DNA of 64,000 bases from Acidobacteriota bacterium (lineage in GTDB: Bacteria > Acidobacteriota > UBA890 > WLXD01). Below, piece after piece: positions 30,937 to 41,655 of the stretch. The notes beneath the pieces were generated by a model. That model did not search any database. It was given only the letters and a program-made list of their open reading frames with translations, and was not told the origin of the DNA. A program made the translations under genes and the position numbers. The number at the start of each line of letters is the position of its first letter. The first letter of the stretch is position 1. The stretch is taken from the NCBI GenBank assembly GCA_963666215.2, contig CAXWPL010000005.1, positions 1,472,001-1,536,000 on the forward strand, in the 5' to 3' direction.

Positions 30937-32916
30937 TCAAGGTGGGTCCTGCGACCGGAGCGCCAAGGCGACCACTCGTGGTGGAGTCCCCCCACCGCCA
31001 ACCATAAAGCGCCCGCCGCCCACACTGACGGCGAGATACTGCCGTCCGTCCACCTCATAGGTGATGAGGTTCGAGTTCGGCGAATCGGGGAGCTCGATGC
31101 CACCGAGGTATGCACCGCTCTTCTTGTCGTAGACGCTGATCTCCGCCGGCCGGTCCGGCTCGAACGGCGTGCCGCCGCTGATGTTCTCGGGCCGCTGGGT
31201 GACGAAGAGAAGGGTCTTGGTGACCAGGGGCGCCGCATAAGGATTAAGGGCGCCGAGTCGAGGGAGATCCAAATCTTTGAGGGCCGGATGTTTGCGCGGG
31301 CCTTCGCCGTGGGCGACCACCCAGGCGTGCTCGCCGGTGGCGAGGTCGATCGCGGTGATACGACCGTAGGGGGGCTTGACCAGTGGCAGGCCGCGCGGAC
31401 CCGCGACACCGTCGTACCAGCGTTTTGGGGTGTAGCGCATATCCGAGCGATTGGGGTCTGGCGTGGTGAGCGAGACGGTCACCGGCCGGGTGAAGGACGG
31501 TACGTAGATGAGGCCGCTCTCCGGATCGACAGCGGCACCGGTCCAGTTGGTTCCTCCGCCGTCCGACGGTAGCTGGATCACCGGCTTGCCCTCGCCTTCT
31601 AGCCGGGGCGGAGTGAAGAACGACGCCAGCTCGTACTCCTCCGCGATCTCCAGAGCCTGTCGGCGCAGCTCAGGGGTGAAATCGATCAGATCGTCGACCG
31701 AAACGCCCTGGCGATCGTAGGCGGCAGGCTTGGTGGGGAAGGGCTGGGTGGGCGAGGCACGATCTCCGGGCACCGTAGTCGGTGGCACTGGCTTCTCTTC
31801 GATCGGCCACAGGGGCTCTCCCGTCTCGGCATCGAAGACGAAGAGGAAGGCCTGCTTGGTCGGCTGAGCGACCGCTTTGACCAGTTTGCCGTCGACTCTT
31901 ACATCGATGCGGCTCGGCGCCGTCGGCAGATCGTAGTCCCACAAGCCGTGGTGCACCATCTGGAAGTGCCAACGCCTCTCACCGGTCTCGCAATCTACTG
32001 CGACCAGGCTCTCGGCGAAGAGGTTGTCGCCGAGGCGGTGGCCTCCGTAGAGGTCGTTGGTCGGTGTCGAGATCGGTAGAAAGGCGAGACCGAGCTCTTC
32101 GTCGACGGCGATCAGCGACCAGACATTGGTGCTGCCCGTGTACTCCCACGACCGGTTCTCCCAGGTCTCATTGCCTTCCTCGCCCGGCTGGGGAATGGTG
32201 TGGAAGACCCACGCCAGCTCCCCGCTCTCCACGTCGTAGGCGCGAACGTAGCCGGGCGGCGCTTTCTGATAGGAGGGCATATCGGACACGATCGAGCCGA
32301 CGATCACCGTGTTGCGGCACACCGAGGGCGGCGAGCTGTGGGTCGTCCTCGACTCGGTGATCTCGCGACCCAGGTCTTTGGTCATCTCGACCGCACCGTA
32401 TTTGCCGAAGGCGGGGTCGGGCTTGCCGGTTATGGCGTCGAGGGAGAGCAGTCGCCGGTCGTGAGTCGCCATCAGCACTCGTCGCTTGTCGCCGCTCTTC
32501 CAGTAGGCCGCGCCACGATGCTGAAAGCCCAGATTGGCCGGCCGCCCGGCTTCCCAGCTCTGAGGGTCGTAGCTCCACAGCGACTCGCCGGTGACGGCAT
32601 CGATTGCGGCCACCTGGCCGAGGGCGGTGCTCACGTACATTCGACCGTCGACGACCACCGGAATCGCCTTGAAAGGGCCCGGGCGAACGGCAGCGGGCAG
32701 GTCGCGGAGCTCGCCGTCGGGCGACTCCCAGGTCCAAGCCACCTCTACACGGTCGAAGTTGTCGGCGTCGATCTGGTCGAGAGCCGAGTACTTCGTGTTG
32801 CCCCCGTCGTTGCCGAAATGCGGCCAGTCGACGTTTTCGGCCGAGGCAGCGGCCCCCGTAAATAGCAAGGCACAGATCCAGATGGACCATGCCAGCGGCC
32901 TTCGCGGGTTGTTCAT
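30937..32916 (-). CDS. PQQ-dependent glucose/quinate-type dehydrogenase
   Basis: Signal peptide; KYSALDQI, HHGLWDYD, GGTNW and KPPYGRITAIDL. Confidence 0.9.
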   Translation of the reverse strand: MNNPRRPLAWSIWICALLFTGAAASAENVDWPHFGNDGGNTKYSALDQIDADNFDRVEVAWTWESPDGELRDLPAAVRPGPFKAIPVVVDGRMYVSTALGQVAAIDAVTGESLWSYDPQSWEAGRPANLGFQHRGAAYWKSGDKRRVLMATHDRRLLSLDAITGKPDPAFGKYGAVEMTKDLGREITESRTTHSSPPSVCRNTVIVGSIVSDMPSYQKAPPGYVRAYDVESGELAWVFHTIPQPGEEGNETWENRSWEYTGSTNVWSLIAVDEELGLAFLPISTPTNDLYGGHRLGDNLFAESLVAVDCETGERRWHFQMVHHGLWDYDLPTAPSRIDVRVDGKLVKAVAQPTKQAFLFVFDAETGEPLWPIEEKPVPPTTVPGDRASPTQPFPTKPAAYDRQGVSVDDLIDFTPELRRQALEIAEEYELASFFTPPRLEGEGKPVIQLPSDGGGTNWTGAAVDPESGLIYVPSFTRPVTVSLTTPDPNRSDMRYTPKRWYDGVAGPRGLPLVKPPYGRITAIDLATGEHAWVVAHGEGPRKHPALKDLDLPRLGALNPYAAPLVTKTLLFVTQRPENISGGTPFEPDRPAEISVYDKKSGAYLGGIELPDSPNSNLITYEVDGRQYLAVSVGGGRFMVGGGGTPPRVVALALRSQDPP

Positions 32917-33010
32917 CGCCAACGAGGATACCGCGCTCCTGACGCAACTCGAATCGGGTGGTACCTCTCTGGCAGCCGGAGGCTGCCTGGGTCCAGGCTA
33001 GAATGGAGAG

Positions 33011-33484
33011 GTGGACTATCAGAAGACTCGGGAGGTGTTGGCGGCCTTCGAGCGCGAGGGAGTCACTTACGTGATTTTTGGAGCCGTTGCCCTCAACCTT
33101 CAGGGACTGGCGCGGGCAACGGAGGATCTCGACGTCTTCCTCGCTCCGTCAGCCGAGAATGTTTCACGCTTGCGCAGGGCGCTCCGTAGCGTCTTCGATG
33201 ACGACCCACACATCGATGAGATCACCGCCGAAGACCTCCTCGGGGACTATCCGGCGGTGCAGTACGTGCCTCCCGACGGGGACTTTTACATCGACATTCT
33301 GACTCGTTTGGGAGAGGCCTTTCGATTTGAGGATCTCGAATCGGAGCGCGTTGACTTCGATGGTCTGGAAGTTTCGGTCACGACACCGGCTACTCTCTAC
33401 CGCATGAAGAGAGGGACGGTTCGGCCAAGGGACCAGGGGGATGCCGAGCGCCTCCGTCTTAGGTTCGGTTTCGAGGACGACTAG
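33011..33484 (+). CDS. Nucleotidyltransferase (TA-associated type)
   Basis: FGAVALNLQG..RATEDLD and MKRGTVRPRDQGD. Confidence 0.75.
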   Translation: MDYQKTREVLAAFEREGVTYVIFGAVALNLQGLARATEDLDVFLAPSAENVSRLRRALRSVFDDDPHIDEITAEDLLGDYPAVQYVPPDGDFYIDILTRLGEAFRFEDLESERVDFDGLEVSVTTPATLYRMKRGTVRPRDQGDAERLRLRFGFEDD

Positions 33485-33723
33485 TGCCCGTCTACAAGTA
33501 TCGCGACGTCAGCGAGATGGAAGATCGAACCTGGCGTGAGCCGGGCGATCCCTCGCTTTTCAAGGCGATCTCCGCTACCTGGGACTTCGCTCGACGCACG
33601 ACTCGCCCTCAATTTCCACCCGGTGTGTACAAACACCCGTCTCGCGCCTCTGCCGAAGAGCTCTGTGACGAGTGGGAGCGCCGTAACTTCGAGTCGTTTC
33701 GAGAGCATCGCTCTCGGCGGTGA
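33484..33723 (+). CDS. Small partner protein, translationally coupled to the nucleotidyltransferase
   Basis: TAG/GTG overlap; internal repeat VYKYR/VYKHP. Confidence 0.6.
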   Translation: MPVYKYRDVSEMEDRTWREPGDPSLFKAISATWDFARRTTRPQFPPGVYKHPSRASAEELCDEWERRNFESFREHRSRR

Positions 33724-33769
33724 GACGAGCGGCCGTGCGGCCGGGGTTCTGCCGATTAGCCCTGCACTT

Positions 33770-33855
33770 CTAGCGGGGCACTACCCAGATCGGCGATGAC
33801 CAGGCACGCTCCTGGATCGTCGCCGCCAGGTTGGGGTTCGGCGGCGTGCCAGCCG
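33770..33855 (-). pseudogene. C-terminal DUF3604 remnant
   Basis: AGTPPNPNLAATIQERAWSSPIW. Confidence 0.75.
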
Positions 33856-33924
33856 AGACTCCTTCGCATATTCGGGTGGCACCTAGTCGTCGGAACCGTC
33901 GGAACCGGCACCTGGCGTGGTAGC

Positions 33925-36147
33925 TCATGCGATGACCTGTTGATCGAACAACTGATCGACTCGACCTGACTCGTAACCCAGGAGGCCCTCCAGCACGCGC
34001 CGCGTATCGCCGAACAACAGGGGTGCACCGCGCCAGATCGAAGTGCGCAACCCATCCACATGCCACAGCGAGCCACCGATCCTGAGTTTGCTGTCCAGCA
34101 CTTCGGGCGATTCATCCTGAATCCAGAATCCTCGTTTCACCAGGTACTCGTCGTCCAGAACATCGCCACTATGGGCAATCCTCTGCATCGGCAACTCAAC
34201 GGCGGAGAGTCGCGCCAGGAGCTCATTCTCGTCAAGGCGGGCCGCCGCAATCCGAATGGCTTCACTGGAAGCATCCGCTGCGTTGAGGCTTTGCTCTAAC
34301 CGCCGCCAGTCCTCTTTCGTCTCGATGAATAACAAGGCGAAGCGACCGTCACCTGTCTCCACCACCAGATACTCCAGGTCTGGTCCAGAGACATCATCCT
34401 CATCGGCCAAGGCGTCGAGCAGGGGCTCCAGGACGATGGCTGCGGTCATTTCCAGCTCAGACAAATCCACCCGAGCGGGCTTTCCAGTTGCCTGCGCATT
34501 GCGAACAAATGCGGCAATCGCAAATGCGCCGCCAAGCCCTGAAACCGGGTCGGGGTATGCGATGTACATCTGTGAGCAGGTCCGGCCATCCTGGCTGGTG
34601 GCATACCCTGCTCCAGCGGCGGCGTAGACGTGGGTGCCATAGCCGATGTAGTGGGAGCGAGGTCCGGTCTGCCCAAAGGCGGACATCGAGACGTAGACCA
34701 GGCTTGAATTTGACTCGATCAGGTCACCGTAACCAACACCCAAACGATCCACCACACCCGGTGAAAAGTTCTCGACCACGACGTCAGATTCAGCCGCGAG
34801 CGCCTTGACGATCTGCTTGCCTCCGGCGGTCTTCAAATTTACGCCGATCGAGAACTTACCGCGCTGGTTGGCACTCCACCACGCGGCGGTGTTGTTCGAG
34901 TCCTCATTCTCTGCCGCGAAAGGTGGGTTGCGACGCATATTACTCGCCGTCGGCTGCCACTCGACATTGATGACTTCCGCGCCCAGATCTGACAAGAGTG
35001 TGGTCGCGAAAGGTCCGGCCCAAGCCCAGCTCAGGTCTAGTATCCTCAGACCCGCGAGCGGTAGGTCAGAACCACCTTCACGAAGCCGGCCGGCTCGCCG
35101 GTCGGGTCTCGGCTGTGCTGACTGCCCGACCGAATCGCCAACGGCGGCGAGCCAAGGTAGATTGAGCTTCGGAGCCGTCGACGTGGTTCGATCAAAGAAC
35201 TCACGCGCGTTCAAATGAACGTCAACGGCGACTTGAGCAGAGCTGTACACCGGCGCGACGGGGATGTGTTCAGCCTGACACAGATCCGCGATGTCTTCCG
35301 ATGTTCTGTCCTTCGCCCAAGCTCGAATACGGTGATCGATTCGATCGACTGCCTCACTGAGAATCAACGGATTTGCTTCAACCTGCTCGGCAACATCATC
35401 CAGTTCACCCATGAGCCGCAACAAATCCGCCCAATGGCCAGGATTGACAGCACGGACATAAGCCAGGCCATTGGCTGTTTCAACGGTGCCACCGGGCATC
35501 GGACGCACTGGCGCTTGCCCCGCCCCGATGATCCTATTTTCCAACTGCGCAAACGCGACCGGCTGCATCGGCATGATCGCTAACAGTTCGAGCTGATCGA
35601 GCTGAAGGTGACGTGCGCCTGAGTCCTCTCCCAGCAACGCACACATACCCGCCGTGGCGGCGCTGACCCCTGCAAGCAGACTCGCCTGGCGGTTCAGCGG
35701 AATGCAGGGCGTCGTCAGGGCACCGGCGGCGTCCATTTCGCGCGTCAGGTAACCGAGACCAGACCGTGCCCACAGCTTCATATCCTGCACCAATGAAGCC
35801 GAAAAGCTCTCCGCTGGCTCCATCGGCGATGTAATCTCAATCAGCACCGCCGACTCGATCAGCCGGGGTGGAACCTCGCCTCTCAAAGCCAATCCCGCGC
35901 TGTCACAGATGACTAGATCGTACGGTTCGTCTACCGAGAAGTCTGCTGAGGCGACCGAACGGGCCACCTGAGATTCGAATCTTGCTTCTGGCGTCTGGTC
36001 GTCGGGTTCGCGCCATCGCGGTCGGTAGGACATAACACAAGCGCCGCTGTCTGCCAGCCAACCTGCAGCGACTCGCGTCGCAATCGCAACGCCAAGCGTC
36101 AGAACGGATACGTTTGCCAGAGGTGTCGTGTACCGAGACAGCTGCAT
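33925..36147 (-). CDS. Fused two-domain class III CoA-transferase (CaiB/BaiF)
   Basis: PLAGLRILDLSWAWAGP, DLGAEVI, VVENFSPG and SAFGQTGP; degenerate N-terminal copy. Confidence 0.85.
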   Translation of the reverse strand: MQLSRYTTPLANVSVLTLGVAIATRVAAGWLADSGACVMSYRPRWREPDDQTPEARFESQVARSVASADFSVDEPYDLVICDSAGLALRGEVPPRLIESAVLIEITSPMEPAESFSASLVQDMKLWARSGLGYLTREMDAAGALTTPCIPLNRQASLLAGVSAATAGMCALLGEDSGARHLQLDQLELLAIMPMQPVAFAQLENRIIGAGQAPVRPMPGGTVETANGLAYVRAVNPGHWADLLRLMGELDDVAEQVEANPLILSEAVDRIDHRIRAWAKDRTSEDIADLCQAEHIPVAPVYSSAQVAVDVHLNAREFFDRTTSTAPKLNLPWLAAVGDSVGQSAQPRPDRRAGRLREGGSDLPLAGLRILDLSWAWAGPFATTLLSDLGAEVINVEWQPTASNMRRNPPFAAENEDSNNTAAWWSANQRGKFSIGVNLKTAGGKQIVKALAAESDVVVENFSPGVVDRLGVGYGDLIESNSSLVYVSMSAFGQTGPRSHYIGYGTHVYAAAGAGYATSQDGRTCSQMYIAYPDPVSGLGGAFAIAAFVRNAQATGKPARVDLSELEMTAAIVLEPLLDALADEDDVSGPDLEYLVVETGDGRFALLFIETKEDWRRLEQSLNAADASSEAIRIAAARLDENELLARLSAVELPMQRIAHSGDVLDDEYLVKRGFWIQDESPEVLDSKLRIGGSLWHVDGLRTSIWRGAPLLFGDTRRVLEGLLGYESGRVDQLFDQQVIA

Positions 36148-36514
36148 GGGCTCCTCTATCAGACAATGAACTAGGATTTTCACCCAAACCACCCCCCACT
36201 CGCCACTTTTCGTCGTTCGGCTGGTTCAATTGAGCTCCGACCCCGTGCAGGTAGCGACTCAGTGGGCCAAGATCGCCGACTGCCGCAAGCCGCTGATCGG
36301 CGCCGGAGGCACCTAGCGCCTCGCGCGCCAAGTCGGCAAATCAAAGGCGATGGAGCTCATCCTCACCGGCCAGGTCAACCGTGTGTACGAGAGCGGCCTC
36401 TCCGATTGGACTGCTCTACGAGCGCCGGCTCTTCTACTCGTCGTTGGCAACCGCAGACAAGGCCGAGGCACGCGCGCCTTCATCGAGAAACAGTCTACCC
36501 CGATTCAGCGACCT

Positions 36515-36641
36515 CCGTTCGCTTCGCTCACGAGGTGCCAGCCTCTTGTTGAGGACCCGCCCGGCGGACCACCCGGGAGCCGATCCCTCTGAATGGAGGG
36601 CAGAATGTTCGGCTGGCACCCTGGCAGCTGAAGGCTGCCGG
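36515..36641 (+). repeat. REP/REPIN-like repeat, copy 2
   Basis: Near-identical to 24898-25025. Confidence 0.85.
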
Positions 36642-36675
36642 TGACCACCGCCCCCACTTGGCTTACAATGTGCGA

Positions 36676-37827
36676 ATGGACATCAGAGTAGATACTCGAG
36701 GCCGCGAGTCCGGCCCCCCCGGCTATTTCGAAGACGCCGACAACTTCCTCATGCCGTTGGCTCCGAACACCAAATCTCGTCGCATTCCCGACGGCGACTT
36801 TCCGACCGGTCCCGAGGTTGGCACGCGACTACCCGAGGTGGTCGCGGTCGACCAACACGGTCACTCGGTCGACCTGCATGCGGACCGCGGCGGCCAACCG
36901 GCGGTCTTGGTTTTTTCCCGATCAGCGGTGTGGTGACCCCCCTGTCGAACGCAGCTGGTCGAGCTGCAGCGAGGGATGGACGCTTTCGATGCCGCCGGGG
37001 TCAAGCTCTACACCCTGAGCTATGACGAAGCCGATGCGCTCGCCGACTACTCTAAGGCCATGGGGGCCACTTTCACCATGCTCTCGGACCCGAACAGTGA
37101 CGTGATTCGCGCGTTCGGGATCCTCAACACGCTCATCCCGCCGGACGAGCACCCCTGGTACGGGATCCCCTTTCCCGGGGCCTACGTGATCGATGCCAAC
37201 GGCGTCATCGTCGCCAAGTTCTTCGAGCACAACTTTGGTGCGAGAACCGGACCCGAGCGGCTCCTCGACGCTGCTCTCGGCCGGAGGTTCGAGGTGGAGC
37301 CCGCGGCGAGCCCGGCGGAGCAGGTGAGTGTCGACGTGATCCTCGACGCCGACCGGCTGCTCTCGGGCTCCATTCACGAGATCGTCGCGACCTTCCGGGT
37401 ACCGGAAGGGCAACATCTCTACGGCGAGCCGGTACCGGACGGCCTGGTGGCTGCCACGATCGAAGTCGACGACGTTCTCGGCATCATCACCTTCGCCCTG
37501 GTTGCACCGCCTACTTCCCAGTTGACCCTCGCCGGGTCCGGCGAGACCCTCGAGATCTACGAGGGCGACGTGGTGCTGCGGCTCCCGATCGCACAAAACG
37601 GCAGGACCATGGAGAAGGTCGACGGCAAGCGCTATGTCGACATCAGTGGCAGGGTCCGTTGGCAAGCGTGCGACGACGTGGAGTGCGGCCTACCTCAGTC
37701 GCAGAGCTTCGACTTCCGGATCGAGGCCGGTTTCCCGGTCCTCGGAGACATGGGCCCAGGGGTGGGACGAGTACCGGAAATGAACGGTGCCGCCCACTTC
37801 CAGAAGCTGATAGATCGACGGAAGTAG
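36676..37827 (+). CDS. Selenoprotein: AhpC/TSA redoxin domain (UxxC) fused to a DsbD-N-like domain
   Basis: SAVW-TGA(36934)-PPCRTQLVELQ is in frame with the 36976 ORF; SECIS-like hairpin follows; C-terminal WQACDDVEC. Confidence 0.88.
36937..36970 (+). promoter_or_regulatory. Bacterial SECIS-like hairpin
   Basis: GCAGCT-GGTCG-AGCTGC; loop begins with G, 21 nt after the UGA. Confidence 0.7.
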
Positions 37828-38007
37828 GCTCCCCGACCATCCGACCCCTGCTGAAAGTTCTAGCGCCGGGCTTAGCGCCGGGACGTGGGGAGGGTTGTTT
37901 GTGGCTTCCGAGTGGGTGTCGGTGACCGGATTAAACTCCCGGACTATGCGATCCCTCTACGCACTCGCCATCTTTCTCGGCGCCGTCCTGTCGAGAAACT
38001 CGGCCGA

Positions 38008-38156
38008 CGTCCTGTCCGAAAACAGGATCGCGTTGCAACTTATACTCAGAGAGTGAGTTGCTCGCGGGTAGACTACGCCGATGAGAGCCGACTTCAGACT
38101 CGCCTAAGTGCCTCCCGTCGTGCGACTTGCACGTGGCTGAGTTTTCGGACACTACG
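38008..38156 (+). mobile_element. MITE of about 150 bp with rve-IS-like ends
   Basis: IR CGTCCTGTCCGAAAAC / GTTTTCGGACACTACG. Confidence 0.5.
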
Positions 38157-38584
38157 GTCCTGCCTCGGTCGCGTGGGCTCCAACTTCTGGGGCGCAACCA
38201 TCCGGAACACGAGTGAGGGCGCACGGCATAGCTGCCATAGGGGCGCCATTACCTGCTAATCACGCCCGCTCGGCGCGCGTCGAGCCACGCATTACGGCGG
38301 TGAGCTGCCCATGCCGGCTTGCTCGAGCAGCTCTCACAAAGGGTGCTCGCGGCCGATCGTCGGCTGTCGAGTGGTTATCGAAGACGACCTCGACAACGGG
38401 TCACGCCCTGAGCTCGCCGAGCGCTTCGAAGTGCACCGCCTCGCTGTCGTGGAGCTGCGGCGCGGCGCACTGGCTGAACTCGGCTGAGCCAGTGCACAGC
38501 TCTGCCACCACGCCGATGGAATGAGGATCAGCTCACTGGCGAGGGGTGTTAAAGTCCGACGCTCTCACACCAGAAAGGATCCTC

Positions 38585-40396
38585 ATGCGACTTCATTCGG
38601 CTCTCTCCGTTGGCTGCTTGACTCTGCTACTGGCGGGTGGTTCTCGAGAGGCGGCGGCGGCAGAGCCTGACCCGGCTGCTCGTTCAGCTCTGTTTGGCGA
38701 TACCCACATCCACACCACCTACTCCTTCGACGCGTTCTCAGGCGGCGTGCGTACTACACCGGACCACGCCTACCGATTCGCAAAGGGGGAGGCGATACCC
38801 CATACGAATGGTTCGGCGCTTCGAATATCAGGGCCGCCATTGGATTTTCTCGCCGTCTCCGACCACGGAAGGTACCTGGGTGTCTTTTCTGCGCTGTTGG
38901 ACCCGGGTAGTGCGATTTACAACCATCCGGCGGCCCCTCTGTTGACGGGTGGGGGAGGGCTCAGGGGAAGAGCAAGAATGATCCAGGAGCTGCTCAGGCA
39001 CCCTGATCTCACCGACCGAGCGGTGCTCGTCAGCGCATGGAGGAAGGTCATCGATGCGGCCGAGCGGCATAACGATCCGGGCACTTTCACCACTTTCGTG
39101 GGCTACGAGTTCACACCGAGCGTGGGCGGGCGTCATCTACACCGCAACGTCATCTTTCGCGGTGACGCACCGGAGGTGCCATTCAGCTCCGTCGACTCCC
39201 CCAACCCCGAAGACCTGTGGAATTGGCTCGACGATCTGAGATCGCAGGGCATCGAGGCTCTGGCCATCCCTCATAACACCAACCAAAGTGACGGCCTTGC
39301 ATTCCAGGAGCAGACTTGGGATGGCAAGCCCATCGACGCCGCGTTCGCCGAAAAGCGGATACGCAATGAGCCGCTGGTCGAGATCTCCCAGCAGAAGGGG
39401 ACCTCCGAGACCCATCCCTCGCTGTCGCCGAACGACGAGTGGGCGGAATTTCAGATCGTCCAGTATTTCCTCGACAAGATCGAGAACAAGGACCCCATTT
39501 CCATCTTCAAGGGCGGGTACGTACGTGATGCGCTCAAGATTGGGTTGGAGATGGAGGAGCGAGATGGTTTCAATCCATACAAGTTCGGCTTCATCGGTTC
39601 CAGCGACAGCCATCTTGCGGCCGGATCCTACGAAGAAGACCGCCGCTTCTCGGGGGGTCGGAACACACCGCAGGGGCGTGGATCGGCGCCCGCCAACGGC
39701 GATTCCTGGGAGGGCTTCTGGACCCCGCGCAATGCCACCCACGGCACCGGGGGCCTTGCCGCGGTGTGGGCGGAAGAGAATACTCGCGAGTCGATCTACT
39801 CCGCCTTCCGCCGTAAAGAGACCTTCGGGACCTCGGGCAACCGGATGAAAGTCAGGTTCTTCGGTGGATTCGATCTTTCGAAGGGGCTTCTCGAAAGCGA
39901 GGACCCAATCGCCAAGGCCTATGAGACCGGGGTCCCGATGGGCGGAGAAATGGAAGGCGGTTCGGGCACAGCACCCAGCTTTCTGGTGTGGGCAGTGCGA
40001 GACCCCAACGCCGGCTGGCTGCAGCGCGCCCAGGTCATCAAAGGATGGATGGAGGCCGGTGTCTCAAAAGAGCTGGTCTTCGATGTGGCCTGCTCCGACG
40101 GCCTCGAGCCGGATCCGGAGTCCCATCGATGCCCGGATAACGGCGCCAGGGTCAACCTCTCGGACTGCAGCGTGAGTCGCGACAAGGGGGCGGTCAAGCT
40201 CGAGACGATGTGGACAGACCCCGACTTCGAGCCTACCCAGCGTGCTTTCTACTATGTCCGGGTGCTCGAGAATCCATCCTGTCGATGGTCGACCTGGGAT
40301 GCTCTCGGCCTCGGAATCGAGCCCAATCCCGATCTGCCCGCAACGCATCAGGAGCGCGCCTGGAGCTCTCCCATCTGGTATGCCCCAACAATGTAG
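38585..40396 (+). CDS. Secreted DUF3604 domain protein
   Basis: FGDTHIHTTYSFDA, VSDH, HRNVIF, IPHN, KGTSETHP and QERAWSSPIW. Confidence 0.9.
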   Translation: MRLHSALSVGCLTLLLAGGSREAAAAEPDPAARSALFGDTHIHTTYSFDAFSGGVRTTPDHAYRFAKGEAIPHTNGSALRISGPPLDFLAVSDHGRYLGVFSALLDPGSAIYNHPAAPLLTGGGGLRGRARMIQELLRHPDLTDRAVLVSAWRKVIDAAERHNDPGTFTTFVGYEFTPSVGGRHLHRNVIFRGDAPEVPFSSVDSPNPEDLWNWLDDLRSQGIEALAIPHNTNQSDGLAFQEQTWDGKPIDAAFAEKRIRNEPLVEISQQKGTSETHPSLSPNDEWAEFQIVQYFLDKIENKDPISIFKGGYVRDALKIGLEMEERDGFNPYKFGFIGSSDSHLAAGSYEEDRRFSGGRNTPQGRGSAPANGDSWEGFWTPRNATHGTGGLAAVWAEENTRESIYSAFRRKETFGTSGNRMKVRFFGGFDLSKGLLESEDPIAKAYETGVPMGGEMEGGSGTAPSFLVWAVRDPNAGWLQRAQVIKGWMEAGVSKELVFDVACSDGLEPDPESHRCPDNGARVNLSDCSVSRDKGAVKLETMWTDPDFEPTQRAFYYVRVLENPSCRWSTWDALGLGIEPNPDLPATHQERAWSSPIWYAPTM

Positions 40397-40500
40397 GGAA
40401 TCCGTGATCTGGAGCGAGTCGGGCTTCTCCAGCGCCTACGGACCGGTCTCGGTGAGGGGCTCTCGATCCGCTCGAGACTGAGCGGCGGCGCCAAAGCCCT

Positions 40501-41655
40501 CTACTCGAGCGCCATGCGAGTGCCGACGCGCGTGAGTCTTCTGCCGAGCTCGATGTCGATCAGATCGGCGCCACCACACTTGGCCAGCAGCTCGCGTCCG
40601 ACCAGGCGATCCACCTCGCTCTGCGCCGCATACCAATCCAGTCCGCGCTGCAGCACCCAAAGCGGATACGTGCCGGCGCCCGACGGTACCGGCACGCCGC
40701 GCAGGGTGTGATCCACGCGGCCGACGACCGCCTCGTCGAATCCGTCGGGCGAAATGATCGAGCCCTGCGGTCGATCGGTGTGGCGGGCTGCCCAGTCGTT
40801 GTAGACCTCGGCGGATCGCACGAGGGCCGGACCGGCGTCGGCGATGCAGAGCCGCAGCAGCGACAACACGGTCTCAGGGATCTCGTCGTCGGGCAGGTAC
40901 TCCATCGGCGCGTCCGCGAACTCCGGTGAGACGATCTCCGGCGTATTCATGTGCTCCGTCCAACGAAAGACGCGCGGCGCGCGGATCTTCATCAGCCGCG
41001 AGGGCTCGGGGTCACGTGCGAGGTGCCCGAACAGCGACCCCATCAGCACGTGGTCCGCGATGCTCGGCAGGCCACCGAAGAAGTAGGGCTGCGTCGTGAA
41101 ATGCTCCTCGAGGATCGCCAACACCTCGAAGTAGATCTTCTCCATCACCGGCCGCAGCGCAACGCTGTCTCCCAACCCAGAGCGCTTGCCCTCCATGCGC
41201 TCGGCGATGACCCCGCCGTAATGGTCGAGCTCGTCGTCCGAGCCCTGTGGCTTGAAGGAGCGACCGAACTCGCGGCCGACGAAACCGTAGTTCTCGTCCA
41301 TGAAGTTCCAGCGGTAGTGCCAGGCGACGCGTCCGAGCTCCGAATCCAGCAGTACCTCGAACAGCCGCGCGACGAGCTGCTGGCGCGGCCCGGGCGGATA
41401 GGCGGCGGGCTCAGGGAATCGCTCTTCGAGGTAGTCATAGATGGCGATGGTGTCCTGCACCACAGTGCCATCCGGCGCCTCGAGCTGCTGGATGCGGTGG
41501 TTCTCGCTCGTCGGTCGCACGTACTCGCGGAAGCGCGGTGACGCGGGCAGACGCTCGACGAACGGGATGCCTTTCTTGCGGAGATAGCTGCGCGATTTCG
41601 CTGTGGCGTACGAGGCGTACGAGCCGTAGAGAACGTAGGGGGTCTCGCTCGGCAT
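40501..41655 (-). CDS. Glutathione S-transferase-like protein (long type)
   Basis: SYATAKSRSYLRKKGIPF, QDT and FGGLPSIAD. Confidence 0.8.
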   Translation of the reverse strand: MPSETPYVLYGSYASYATAKSRSYLRKKGIPFVERLPASPRFREYVRPTSENHRIQQLEAPDGTVVQDTIAIYDYLEERFPEPAAYPPGPRQQLVARLFEVLLDSELGRVAWHYRWNFMDENYGFVGREFGRSFKPQGSDDELDHYGGVIAERMEGKRSGLGDSVALRPVMEKIYFEVLAILEEHFTTQPYFFGGLPSIADHVLMGSLFGHLARDPEPSRLMKIRAPRVFRWTEHMNTPEIVSPEFADAPMEYLPDDEIPETVLSLLRLCIADAGPALVRSAEVYNDWAARHTDRPQGSIISPDGFDEAVVGRVDHTLRGVPVPSGAGTYPLWVLQRGLDWYAAQSEVDRLVGRELLAKCGGADLIDIELGRRLTRVGTRMALE

